Source: Eledone cirrhosa
Lineage: Eukaryota
DNA: 64,000 bases
NCBI GenBank assembly: GCA_964016885.1
Contig: OZ024746.1
Span: forward strand, 38,812,001 to 38,876,000
Reading direction: 5' to 3'
The notes beneath the pieces were generated by a model, which was given only the letters and a program-made list of their open reading frames with translations, was not told the DNA's origin and did no database searches. This document shows positions 40,332 to 52,665 of the stretch, piece after piece (position 1 is the first letter of the stretch; each line of letters starts with the position of its first letter). The position numbers and the translations under genes were made by a program.

Positions 40332-40612
40332 AAAATTCAATTTAAATTGTTGGGATACAACAAGCAAATATTTTTATAACTGATATAAAGCACTCAACAA
40401 ATAATTGGAGTAAAAATACGATATTAACAAATGGAGCTTCCAACAGTAATGGTTGAATTCTTTAAGGGTATGTCAATATTTATTTATAAAACTGCTCTAT
40501 ATTATATTTTATCTGATGAAAGCACAGCATAATTTAACTTGGTGTCCTTGAAATATGTATAATGAAATAAATATGGTTTTATAAATATAGTTTCCATTTG
40601 TTAATATCGTAT
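40329..40612 (+). mobile_element. Penelope-like element inside (TA)n, with a partial inverted terminus
   Basis: Same family as 381-2034; 20-bp IR 40416-40435 / 40593-40612; TA runs on both sides. Confidence 0.7.
40505..40569 (+). ncRNA. Type I hammerhead ribozyme motif (decayed stem II)
   Basis: Stem I TATTTTAT/ATGAAATA (8 bp); CTGATGA 40513-40519; GAAA 40550-40553; TATGTA; TA cleavage site. Confidence 0.6.
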
Positions 40613-40716
40613 ATATATATATCATCATCAACGTTTAACGTCCGTGTTCCACGCTTGCATGGGTTTGGACGGGGGTTTTCCCCACTTGAGGCAAGAGTGA
40701 TTGTCTTGCTCGCATA

Positions 40717-41016
40717 GGACTATCTGGCGGGTTTTCTACAGCTGGATGCCCTTCCTAACACCAACCACATTTACAGTGTGGGGCTGGGAGGTTTTTACCG
40801 TGTTGCCTACACGGCCACATTACAGCGTGGACTGTCTGGCAGGTTTTCTACAGCTGGATGCCCTTCCTAACACCAACCACATTTACAGTGTGGGGCTGGG
40901 AGGTTTTTACCGTGTTGCCTACACGGCCACATTACAGCGTGGACTGTCTGGCAGGTTTTCTACAGCTGGATGCCCTTCCTAACACCAACCACATTTACAG
41001 TGTGGGGCTGGGAGGT
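40717..41016. repeat. 112-bp tandem repeat (about 2.7 copies) of a SINE internal segment
   Basis: Units start at 40717, 40829 and 40941 and contain CTACAGCTGGATGCCCTTCCTAACACCAAC. Confidence 0.92.
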
Positions 41017-41211
41017 ATATATATATACAACCATACAAGTGAGCATACTTATATACATCAATACACAAATATTTATATCACACACACAAATATTTACAAG
41101 CCTACATATGTGCATACATGCCAGTATACATACACACAAACAGCTTAAATAGACAAAATCAAAGTCACCATCCCTACAGTAGTGTGGGTGAGTTATCTAG
41201 TCATCTAGTAA

Positions 41212-41570
41212 TTATAACTGTTTCTACTTTAGGCACAAGGCCAGCAATCACCCAGTGCATTACTGGTACTTTATTTTATCGACCCCGTAAGGATGAAAAG
41301 CATAGTCAACCTCGGCGGGATTTGAACTCAGATCGTAAAGGGACGTAACTCTAGTAATTATAATGGTTTCTGATTAAGGCACAAGGCAAGCAATTTGAGG
41401 AAAGGAGAAAGTTGATTAAATCGATCCCAGTGCATTACTGGTACTTTATTTCATCAACCCCATAAGGATGAAAGGCAAAGTTAACCTTGGCAGGATTTGA
41501 ACCCAGAACGCAAAGGGCCATAACTCTATGCCACTAAGCATGTTGTCCAACGCTCTACCGATTTTGCCAA
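41212..41570 (-). mobile_element. Two tandem family B SINEs
   Basis: A truncated copy with TSD TCTAGTAATTATAA is inserted at the tail of a second copy. Confidence 0.85.
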
Positions 41571-41704
41571 AATAGTGTTAGTCAGTAGTAAGATACTTGT
41601 CCAAAATGAGTAAAATCAGACTGGACACGTGTGTGTGTGTGCGTGTACGTGTGCGTGTGTCCAGTCTGATATCTATATATATATAGAGAGAGATATAGAT
41701 AGAT

Positions 41705-41882
41705 ATCATTGTTTGACGCCCATCTTCCATGCTAGCATGGGTTAGACGGGTTGTCCTGTTGTGGGCAGTGTCCGGTCGGCTGATCTTGTCTTGCTCATAT
41801 GGGAGCCGACTGGACACTGCCAACAACAGGACAACCCGTCTAACACATGCTAGCGTGGAAGAAAGGATGTAAAACGGTGATG
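41705..41882. repeat. Fold-back of a SINE/RTE 3' tail (77-bp arms, 22-nt loop)
   Basis: 41705-41781 pairs with 41804-41882. Confidence 0.85.
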
Positions 41883-41910
41883 ATGATGATATATATATAT
41901 ATATATATAT

Positions 41911-42234
41911 TCATTCATTTCATTTTACATCCACTTTTCCCTGCTTGCAAGGGTGGGATGGGAACTGATTCTGGCTTGATTTCTACAGCTGGATGCCCTT
42001 CCTAACACCAGTGAGTGCTGGGTGCTTTTTTTGCCGTGGCACCTCCACGACCACTTTGCAGTGGAATGATAGGGACCCCAGTTCCTATCATCTCATTTCT
42101 ACAGCTGAGTAAACTGGAGCAATGTGAAATAAAGTGTCTTGCTCAAGGAAACAACACATCACCCGGTCTGAGAATTGAACTCACAACCTTTCGATTGCAA
42201 GGTCAATGCTCTAACCACTAAGCCATGTGCCTCC
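41911..42234 (-). mobile_element. Family A SINE
   Basis: Reverse complement of 38446-38800 with a short internal deletion. Confidence 0.9.
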
Positions 42235-42875
42235 ATATATATATATTGTCAAATGAAACAAACAGAAGACATACTGGATGGACTGGTGAGCTAGCTGGTA
42301 GCTTGGTTGGTTAGAAGGTGGTGGCATTGGTTAGTTGAGGGAAGGTCGGGTGAGACACTGTGATTAGATTTGAAAAAGCAGTAGGGGTAGCTGGTTGGTT
42401 AAGTTGACTGATTGGTTGGTTGCATTGGTATGTTTGCATGTTTGTATATGCGTGTGTGTTCGTTTACCCATGTATGTATATATATGCGTGTGTGCATGTG
42501 CATGTGTGTGTGTGCTGAGTCGAAGTGAGAGTATAGTAAAACAAGAAGGTAAAGGAGTGGTATAGAAATACTAGAATTCTCTACCACACACCTTCACATA
42601 GCCCAAACCCCTAACCCACTTTTCTCCAATGTAAACATACACACACATGCACACATGTTTGCATACATGCACATATAATCACATACAAATCAAATCATGT
42701 TTGCACCACACACTTCCACACATGCTTATTTACACACACACACACATTCCTCCCTTCACCACCTAAAAACCTCCTGCCACCTCCACCAACAAAAGCTAAA
42801 TATTCCTTCAACTTTTCATTCACTCAATCATTATTGATATATTTTACAATGATCAATCAAGAACATGTTGATTGT

Positions 42876-42906
<31 letters not shown>

Positions 42907-43054
42907 GGGAATGATGGATCAGATAAAAACTAAAGTAGATAGGTTCTCCGTTGGTGTCAATGATGAGTAATTAGTTGTTTGGTTCACCTAGCTACCTGTT
43001 CATTGAATTAGCATATAAGTGGTTAGGTATTTCACACAGATGCATACCCTTTAA

Positions 43055-43249
43055 CCCTTTAGCATTTACATTACTATATATATATACTATTATATTTTCA
43101 CGGTAAACACTTTATCTCACATAATATCGAATCTGTGAGATTTTGAGAACAATACCTTAACATAAGTATGAGCAGTCGATTACAGCCAGTTTGAACAGAA
43201 AGAGGTGAGAGAATTTTAGCTGAATACAGCCGGTGTAAATGCTAAAGGG
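43055..43249 (-). mobile_element. piggyBac-like MITE nested in a family D SINE
   Basis: TTAA TSD on both sides; CCCTTTAGCATTTAC / GTAAATGCTAAAGGG. Confidence 0.88.
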
Positions 43250-43286
43250 TTAATGTAATCCTTAGGTAGAATCAATGTGACATTGT

Positions 43287-43476
43287 CAGGGCTGGATTAA
43301 TCGGGGGGGGGGGGAATGTCCTAGGGCCCCACCTCATCAAACAGAATCCCCCCCCCCATCTCTCTCCAAATAGGGCCCCGCTTCTCTTTCTCTTCCTGCT
43401 TATGTGTGTGTGTGTTATATGCAGGGGCCACCAAAACTGAACTTTCCTGGGCCCCCAAGGTCTAAATCTGATCCTG
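43287..43476. mobile_element. hAT-type MITE nested in a family D SINE
   Basis: TIR CAGGGCTGGATT / AATCTGATCCTG; TSD GACATTGT / GACATAGT. Confidence 0.75.
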
Positions 43477-43669
43477 GACATAGTGTAAAGCAAGGCTGAA
43501 CCTTTGAATTACAAATAAAGTCCACCTAATACACTGCTGAGGTTTCTGTCAACTCAATAGTAAAAGATATTTGACCAGGATGTAAGGTGATGTGACTGAA
43601 TGCAAGATCTGTGAAGCAACCTGCTTAACCACCCAGTCAAGAAAATATATAAACTAACACATAAAATCA

Positions 43670-44185
43670 TATAAATAGACTTATATCAACATACACACAG
43701 ACAAACACAGATACACACACAAACATATAGATAGACCTATATCAACATACATACATACACAGGTACAGATACACACACACAAACATATAGATAGACTTAT
43801 ATCAACATACATACACAGGCACACAAACATATAGATAGACTGATATCAACATTCACACATACACAGAGACAGTTACACACACATACACAGAGACAGTTAC
43901 ACACACAAACACAGAGACAGATACACACACAAACACAGAGACAGATACACACACAAACACAGAGACAGATACACATACAAACACAGAGACAGATACACAT
44001 ACAAACACAGGCAGATACACACAGAAACAGACAGATACACACACAGACAGATATACACACACACAGACAGATATACACACACAGACAGATATACACACAC
44101 ACACACACACAGGCACATACACACACAAACACAGGGACAGAGTCAGGCACACACACAAACACAGTGATAGATACACACAGATATA
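43670..44185. repeat. CA/GA-rich minisatellite (about 24-bp ACACAAACACAGAGACAGATACAC units)
   Basis: Read directly. Confidence 0.9.
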
Positions 44186-44522
44186 GGTACAGACCAGTTG
44201 ACTTGCAATGAGGTCCTAGAATCCAACAGAATGACTAAATATGTAAAAATAAATGGTTCTTTCGAGAGAGAGAGGATAGAGAAAATGTGTATGACCAGAT
44301 GAATAGAGTTACATAGTGACAGACCTGGAGGTTGGTAGTCCATCTGTGACACTCCATTGTAATAGAATACAATGTGATCACTGACATTTATGTCAATGGT
44401 CAAGACATCTTTTGAATAGTACAATCCAACTAGCTGTAAATAGATTGCACCAATGTAAGCACCATCAACAGCAGTAAGCTAACAACGATGCTTCTTATTC
44501 ACAGGTGCAAAACCATTTAGAT

Positions 44523-44803
44523 CAGTGTTTCCCAACCCTTTTTCATGCCTGCACCTCTAAAAAGTTTTTAATATGTTCTCACACCCCTTAAAAAGGTAAT
44601 TTATTTTAGTATAAAGAAGACAAATTAATACTGAAAATATGGATAAGGTTGATTGGAGGAAAAACAGAGAACCTAACATACCAACTATAATACCACTAAA
44701 TACAAGAATAAATATTACAATAATACTATTAATAAAAAACAAACTACTGAAATCTTATCTCACAACCCTAGGTGGTGCAAGAACCCCTGGTTGGGAAACC
44801 CTG
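44523..44803. mobile_element. hAT (Charlie-like) MITE
   Basis: TIR CAGTGTTTCCCAACC / GGTTGGGAAACCCTG; TSD ATTTAGAT / ATCTAGAT. Confidence 0.88.
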
Positions 44804-45183
44804 ATCTAGATGGATATAATACTCAAATATTCCTCCAATCACACCATACCATTTGATGAGGAGGTGTGGGGGGGGGGGGATAAAAAAACATTTGATAATG
44901 TAGTCCTAGATTAGATACATTAATCCTGAAAAAAAAAAAGACATGTTTTGTTATAGGTTTGTTTAGCAAGGGCTAACTTTGTGCCATACAACATCATCTA
45001 CAGTTGCTCAGTTAAGCAGAAAAAGATTTTTTTTTTGTATACAGGGAGGATTTCAAATCTCACCATATAGATAGCTTGGAGTGGAATGTGCTCCACCAAA
45101 TAAATTTGTTTTGTCTTAAGTATTCCCAATTACCTGAAGCTGCCCATGTTTCTCTGACACAAAGCTGTTTATTTTAAAATATA

Positions 45184-45352
45184 CCATATTTCCCAGCGCT
45201 GAAGACACTTCGTCCTCGAGGACGCACCCTAATTTTGACAACCAAAGATTTGAAAAAAAATAATAAACAACCTTCAGCATCCAGGACGCATGGTAGATTT
45301 TTTAGACATATTTTAGGAAAAAAAGTAACGTCTTCGACGCCGGGAAATAAGG
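45184..45352. mobile_element. Tc1/mariner(pogo)-type MITE
   Basis: TIR CCATATTTCCCAGCGCTGAAGAC / GTCTTCGACGCCGGGAAATAAGG after TA. A paralogous empty site lies at about 52211-52230. Confidence 0.8.
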
Positions 45353-45984
45353 TGTGTATCTAAAAACCTTCAATCACAATTTTATGAAAGAACTCTTGAG
45401 AGGGAGTGAGAAAAGTATCTTTAAACTGTGGACTTGGTTTAAATGTTTGTAACAGAATGGAGTCTGCTAAAGGCACACAAGGGCCAGATGGTGGTGTTAA
45501 GCGAGGCAATGGATTATGTCTACCATGGCTGGATTTGAACTTAGAACACAAAGAGCCAGAGCAAATAATGGAAACAGGAAAAGATTAAGTCCTTTTAACA
45601 CCCTAAGCTCTTCAAAGATTATGGAACCCCTCTCCTCACCCCATCTTCATTCTATATCTATAAGTCTACAAAAAGAAAATATTTTAAAATAAGAAATTCA
45701 TATAATTTGTCTGCAAAAAAAAAAAAAATTAGAGGAATGAGAAATATTTTTAATTTCAATAAAATGCCCCCTCCCCACTTCCTTTGATCCCCTAAGCATG
45801 TGCTTATTTTGGTTAATGGTTAAAGGTTAATCCAGCCATGATTGAAAAGGAATCCTGCCTAACACAAATGATTCCAGCAGTCCACCATCCAAAACTTTAT
45901 CAACACTGGAAGGATGAAAAGCAAAATTGACCTTGGTAGGAAGGAACAGGAATAAATATCACCAGGTATGCTATCCAATTTATT

Positions 45985-48900
45985 GGCAATGCAGTATACA
46001 CTGTCATATAATAGATGGCTGTTAGGGCAGCATGAAGTGAGACAATGCAGTATACACTGTCATATAATAGATGGCTGTTATGGCAGCATGAAGTGAGACA
46101 ATGCAGTATACACTGTCATATAATAGATGGCTGTTATGGCAGCATGAAGAGAGGCAATGCTGTATATGCTGTCATATAATAGATGGCTGTTATGGCAGCA
46201 TGAAGAGAGGCAATGCTGTATACACTGTCATATAATAGATGGCTGTTATGGCAGCATGAAGAGAGGCAATGCAGTATACACTGTCATATAATAGATGGCT
46301 GTTATGGCAGCATGAAGAGAGGCAATGCTGTATACACTGTCATATAATAGATGGCTGTTATGGCAGCACGAAGAGAGGCAATGCAGTATACACTGTCATA
46401 TAATAGATGGCTGTTATGGCAGCATGAAGTGAGGCAATGCAGTATACACTGTCATATAATAGATGGCTGTTATGGCAGCATGAAGTGAGGTAATGCTGTA
46501 TACACTGTCATATAATAGATGACTGTTATGGCAGCATGAAGTGAGGCAATGCTGTATACACTGTCATATAATAGATGGCTGTTATGGCAGCATGAAGTGA
46601 GGCAATGCAGTATACACTGTCATATAATAGATGGCTGTTATGGCAGCATGAGGTGAGGCAATGCTGTATACACTGTCATATAATAGATGGCTGTTATGGC
46701 AGCATGAAGAGAGGCAATGCTGTATACACTGTCATATAATAGATGGCTGTTATGGCAGCATGAAGTGTGGCAATGCAGTATACACTGTTATATAATAGAA
46801 AGCTGTTATGGCAGCATGAAGTGAGGCAATGCTGTATACACTGTCATATAATAGATGGCCGTTATGGCAGCATGAAGTGAGGCAATGCTGTATACACTGT
46901 CATATAATAGATGGCCGTTATGGCAGCATGAAGTGAGGCAATGCTGTATACACTGTCATATAATAGATGGCTGTTATGGCAGCATGGAGTGAGGCAATGC
47001 TGTATACACTGTCATATAATAGATGGCTGTTATGGCAGCATGGAGTGAGGCAATGCTGTATACACTGTCATATAATAGATGGCTGTTATGGCAGCATGAA
47101 GAGAGGCAATGCAGTATACACTGTCATATAATAGATGGCTGTTATGGCAGCATGGAGTGAGGCAATGCAGTATACACTGTCATATAATAGATGGCTGTTA
47201 TGGCAGCATGGAGTGAGGCAATGCTGTATACACTGTCATATAATAGATGGCTGTTATGGCAGCATGAAGTGAGGCAATGCTGTATACACTGTCATATAAT
47301 AGATGGCTGTTATGGCAGCATGAAGTGAGGCAATGCTGTATACACTGTCATATAATAGATGGCTGTTATGGCAGCATGAAGTGTGGCAATGCAGTATACA
47401 CTGTTATATAATAGATAGCTGTTATGGCAGCATGAAGTGAGGCAATGCTGTATACACTGTCATATAATAGATGGCTGTTATGGCAGCATGAAGTGAGGCA
47501 ATGCTGTATACACTGTCATATAATAGATGGCTGTTATGGCAGCATGAAGTGAGGCAATGCTGTATACACTGTCATATAATAGATGGCTGTTATGGCAGCA
47601 TGAAGTGAGGTAATGCTGTATACACTGTCATATAATAGATGGCTGTTATGGCAGCATGAAGTGAGGCAATGCTGTATACAGTGTCATATAATAGATGGCT
47701 GTTATGGCAGCATGAAGTGAGGCAATGCAGTATACACTGTCATATAATAGATGGCTGTTATGGCAGCATGAGGTGAGGCAATGCTGTATACACTGTCATA
47801 TAATAGATGGCTGTTATGGCAGCATGAAGTGAGGCAATGCAGTATACACTGTCATATAATAGATGGCTGTTATGGCAGCATGAAGAGAGGCAATGCTGTA
47901 TACACTGTCATATAATAGATGGCTGTTATGGCAGCATGAAGAGAGGCAATGCTGTATACACTGTCATATAATAGATGGCTGTTATGGCAGCATGAAGTGA
48001 GGCAATGCAGTATACACTGTCATATAATAGATGGCTGTTATGGCAGCATGGAGTGAGGCAATGCTGTATACACTGTCATATAATAGATGGCTGTTATGGC
48101 AGCATGAAGTGAGGCAATGCAGTATACACTGTGATATAATAGATGGCTGTTATGGCAGCATGAAGTGAGGCAATGCTGTATACACTGTCATATAATAGAT
48201 GGCTGTTATGGCAGCATGAAGAGAGGTAATGCAGTATACACTGTTATATAATAGATAGCTGTTACGGCAGCATGAAGTGAGGCAATGCTGTATACACTGT
48301 CATATAATAGATAGCTGTTATGGCAGCATGAAGTGAGGCAATGCTGTATACACTGTCATATAATAGATGGCTGTCATGGCAGCATGAAGTGAGGTAATAC
48401 TGTATACACTGTCATATAATAGATGGCTGTTATGGCAGCATGGAGTGAGGCAATGCTGTATACACTGTCATATAATAGATGGCTGTTATGGCAGCATGTA
48501 GTGAGGCAATGCAGTATACACTGTCATATAATAGATGGCTGTTATGGCAGCATGAAGTGAGGCAATGCTGTATACACTGTCATATAATAGATGGCTGTTA
48601 TGGCAGCATGAAGTGAGGCAATGCTGTATACACTGTCATATAATAGATGGCCGTTATGGCAGCATGAAGTGAGGCAATGCAGTATACACTGTCATATAAT
48701 AGATGGCTGTTATGGCAGCATGAAGAGAGGCAATGCTGTATACACTGTCATATAATAGATGGCTGTTATGGCAGCATGAAGAGAGGCAATGCAGTATACA
48801 CTGTCATATAATAGATGGCTGTTATGGCAGCATGAAGTGAGGCAATGCTGTATATACTGTCATATAATAGATGGCTGTTATGGCAGCATGTAGTGAGGTA

Positions 48901-51900
48901 ATGCTGTATACACTGTCATATAATAGATGGCTGTTATGGCAGCATGAAGTGAGGTAATGCTGTATACACTGTCATATAATAGATGGCTGTTATGGCAGCA
49001 TGAAGAGAGGCAATGCAGTATACACTGTCATATAATAGATGGCTGTTATGGCAGCATGAAGTGAGGCAATGCTGTATACACTGTCATATAATAGATGGCT
49101 GTTATGGCAGCATGAAGTGAGGCAATGCTGTATACACTGTCATATAATAGATGGCTGTTATGGCAGGATGAAGAGAGGCAATGCTGTATACACTGTCATA
49201 TAATAGATGGCTGTTATGGCAGCATGAAGTGAGGCAATGCTGTATACACTGTCATATAATAGATGGCCGTTATGGCAGCATGAAGTGAGGCAATGCAGTA
49301 TACACTGTCATATAATAGATGGCTGTTATGGCAGCATGAAGAGAGGCAATGCAGTATACACTGTCATATAATAGATGGCTGTTATGGCAGCATGAAGTGA
49401 GGCAATGCTGTATACACTGTCATATAATAGATGGCTGTTATGGCAGCATGAAGTGAGGCAATGCTGTATACACTGTCATATAATAGATGGCTGTTATGGC
49501 AGCATGAAGTGAGGCAATGCTGTATACACTGTCATATAATAGATGGCCGTTATGGCAGCATGAAGTGAGGCAATGCAGTATACACTGTCATATAATAGAT
49601 GGCTGTTATGGCAGCATGAAGAGAGGCAATGCTGTATACACTGTCATATAATAGATGGCTGTTATGGCAGCATGAAGTGAGGCAATGCTGTATACACTGT
49701 CATATAATAGATGGCTGTCATGGCAGCATGAAGTGAGGCAATGCTGTATACACTGTCATATAATAGATGGCTGTTATGGCAGCATGAAGTGAGGCAATGC
49801 TGTATACACTGTCATATAATAGATGGCCGTTATGGCAGCATGAAGTGAGGCAATGCAGTATACACTGTCATATAATAGATGGCTGTTATGGCAGCATGAA
49901 GAGAGGCAATGCTGTATACACTGTCATATAATAGATGGCTGTTATGGCAGCATGAAGAGAGGCAATGCAGTATACACTGTCATATAATAGATGGCTGTTA
50001 TGGCAGCATGAAGTGAGGCAATGCAGTATACACTGTCATATAATAGATGGCTGTTATGGCAGCATGAAGAGAGGCAATGCTGTATACACTGTCATATAAT
50101 AGATGGCTGTTATGGCAGCATGAAGAGAGGCAATGCAGTATACACTGTCATATAATAGATGGCTGTTATGGCAGCATGAAGTGAGGCAATGCTGTATACA
50201 CTGTCATATAATAGATGGCTGTTATGGCAGCATGAAGTGAGGCAATGCTGTATACACTGTCATATAATAGATGGCTGTTATGGCAGCATGAAGAGAGGCA
50301 ATGCAGTATACACTGTCATATAATAGATGGCTGTTATGGCAGCATGAAGTGAGGCAATGCTGTATACACTGACATATAATAGATGGCTGTTATGGCAGCA
50401 TGAAGTGAGGCAATGCTGTATACACTGTCATATAATAGATGGCTGTTATGGCAGCATGAAGTGAGGCAATGCTGTATATACTGTCATATAATAGATGGCT
50501 GTTATGGCAGCATGAGGTGAGGCAATGCAGTATACACTGTCATATAATAGATGGCTGTTATGGCAGCATGAAGTGAGGCAATGCTGTATATACTGTCATA
50601 TAATAGATGGCTGTTATGGCAGCATGAGGTGAGGCAATGCTGTATATACTGTCATATAATAGATGGCTGTTATGGCAGCATGAAGTGAGGCAATGCTGTA
50701 TATACTGTTATATAATAGATGGCTGTTATGGCAGCATGAAGAGAGGCAATGCTGTATACACTGTCATATAATAGATGGCTGTTATGGCAGCATGAAGTGA
50801 GGCAATGCTGTATATACTGTCATATAATAGATGGCTGTTATGGCAGCATGAGGTGAGGCAATGCAGTATACACTGTCATATAATAGATGGCTGTTATGGC
50901 AGCATGAAGTGAGGCAATGCTGTATACACTGTCATATAATAGATGGCTGTTATGGCAGCATGAGGTGAGGCAATGCAGTATACACTGTCATATAATAGAT
51001 GGCTGTTATGGCAGCATGAGGTGAGGCAATGCAGTATACACTGTCATATAATAGATGGCTGTTATGGCAGCATGAAGTGAGGCAATGCTGTATATACTGT
51101 CATATAATAGATGGCTGTTATGGCAGCATGAGGTGAGGCAATGCAGTATACACTGTCATGTAATAGATGGCTGTTATGGCAGCATGAAGAGAGGCAATGC
51201 AGTATACACTGTCATATAATAGATGGCTGTTATGTCAGCATGAAGTGAGGCAATGCAGTATACACTGTCATATAATAGATGGCTGTTATGGCAGCATGAA
51301 GTGAGGCAATGCTGTATATACTGTCATATAATAGATGGCTGTTATGGCAGCATGAAGTGAGGCAATGCTGTATATACTGTCATATAATAGATGGCTGTTA
51401 TGTCAGCATGAAGTGAGGCAATGCTGTATACACTGACATATAATAGATGGCTGTTATGGCAGCATGAGGTGAGGCAATGCAGTATACACTGTCATATAAT
51501 AGATGGCTGTTATGGCAGCATGTAGTGAGGCAATGCAGTATACACTGTCATATAATAGATGGCTGTTATGTCAGCATGAAGTGAGGCAATGCTGTATACA
51601 CTGACATATAATAGATGGCTGTTATGGCAGCATGAGGTGAGGCAATGCAGTATACACTGTCATATAATAGATGGCTGTTATGGCAGCATGAAGTGAGGCA
51701 ATGTTGTATATACTGTCATATAATAGATGGCTGTTATGTCAGCATGAGGTGAGGCAATGCTGTATACACTGACATATAATAGATGGCTGTTATGGCAGCA
51801 TGAAGAGAGGTAATGCAGTATACACTGTCATATAATAGATGGCTGTTATGGCAGCATGAGGTGAGGCAATGCTGTATACACTGTCATATAATAGATGGCT

Positions 51901-52097
51901 GTTATGGCAGCATGAGGTGAGGCAATGCAGTATACACTGTCATATAATAGATGGCTGTTATGGCAGCATGAGGTGAGGCAATGCTGTATACATTGTCATA
52001 TAATAGATGGCTGTTATGGCAGCATGAGGTGAGGCAATGCTGTATACACTGACATATAATAGATGGCTGTTATGGAAGCAGCTCATGGATGAAGGGA
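45985..52097. repeat. 56-bp tandem satellite: 108 units plus one 65-bp terminal unit
   Basis: Consensus GGCAATGCWGTATACACTGTCATATAATAGATGGCTGTTATGGCAGCATGAAGWGA. First unit at 45985, last at 52033 (difference 6048 = 108x56). Confidence 0.98.
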
Positions 52098-52346
52098 GGC
52101 AATGAGGAAGCTTCTATGTAGTGACTCGGCCTGCTAATATAACAACTAAATTCCTTAAATTCTTTTGATACCAAACTACTTGAAGCTGCCCATGTTTCTC
52201 TGACACAAAGTGTTTATATGTATCTAAAACCCTTCTATTGCAATTTTATGAAAGAATCTTTTTTCACTTTCTTTTTCAGGATCAATATTTAAGTATCAAG
52301 TTTTCTAATCAAATTCTCTCTTTGAAGAGTAATTACTAAATTATGT

Positions 52347-52665
52347 GAAGTTGCATGGTGTAGTGGTTTTGATGATGGGCTCATGATTGTAAGGGCAGGA
52401 GTCTGATTCCCAGACTGGACAGCACATTGTGTCCTTCAGCAAGACATTTTATTTCATGATACTCCAGTCTACTCAGCTCTGTAAAAATAAGTTGGACATG
52501 TAATTCAAGGGGCCAGTTTTGTCACACATTGTGTTATGCAGAATCTCCACTAGAACTACATTAAGAGTGCACGTGCCTATTCAATGCTCAGCTACTTATA
52601 CATTAATTTTTAAAACAAGCTGTTCTGTTGATTGAACCAACTGGAGCACTCATCATCAGAAATGC
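52347..52665 (+). mobile_element. Family D SINE
   Basis: tRNA-like head, TGTGTCCTTCAGCAAGACA core, and tail shared with 25530-25830. Confidence 0.75.

Noticed and set aside
45985-52097. CRISPR-like array
   Set aside because: Units are contiguous near-identical 56-mers with no unique spacers, there are no cas genes, and the context is eukaryotic. No hammerhead core or ORF was found in the unit.
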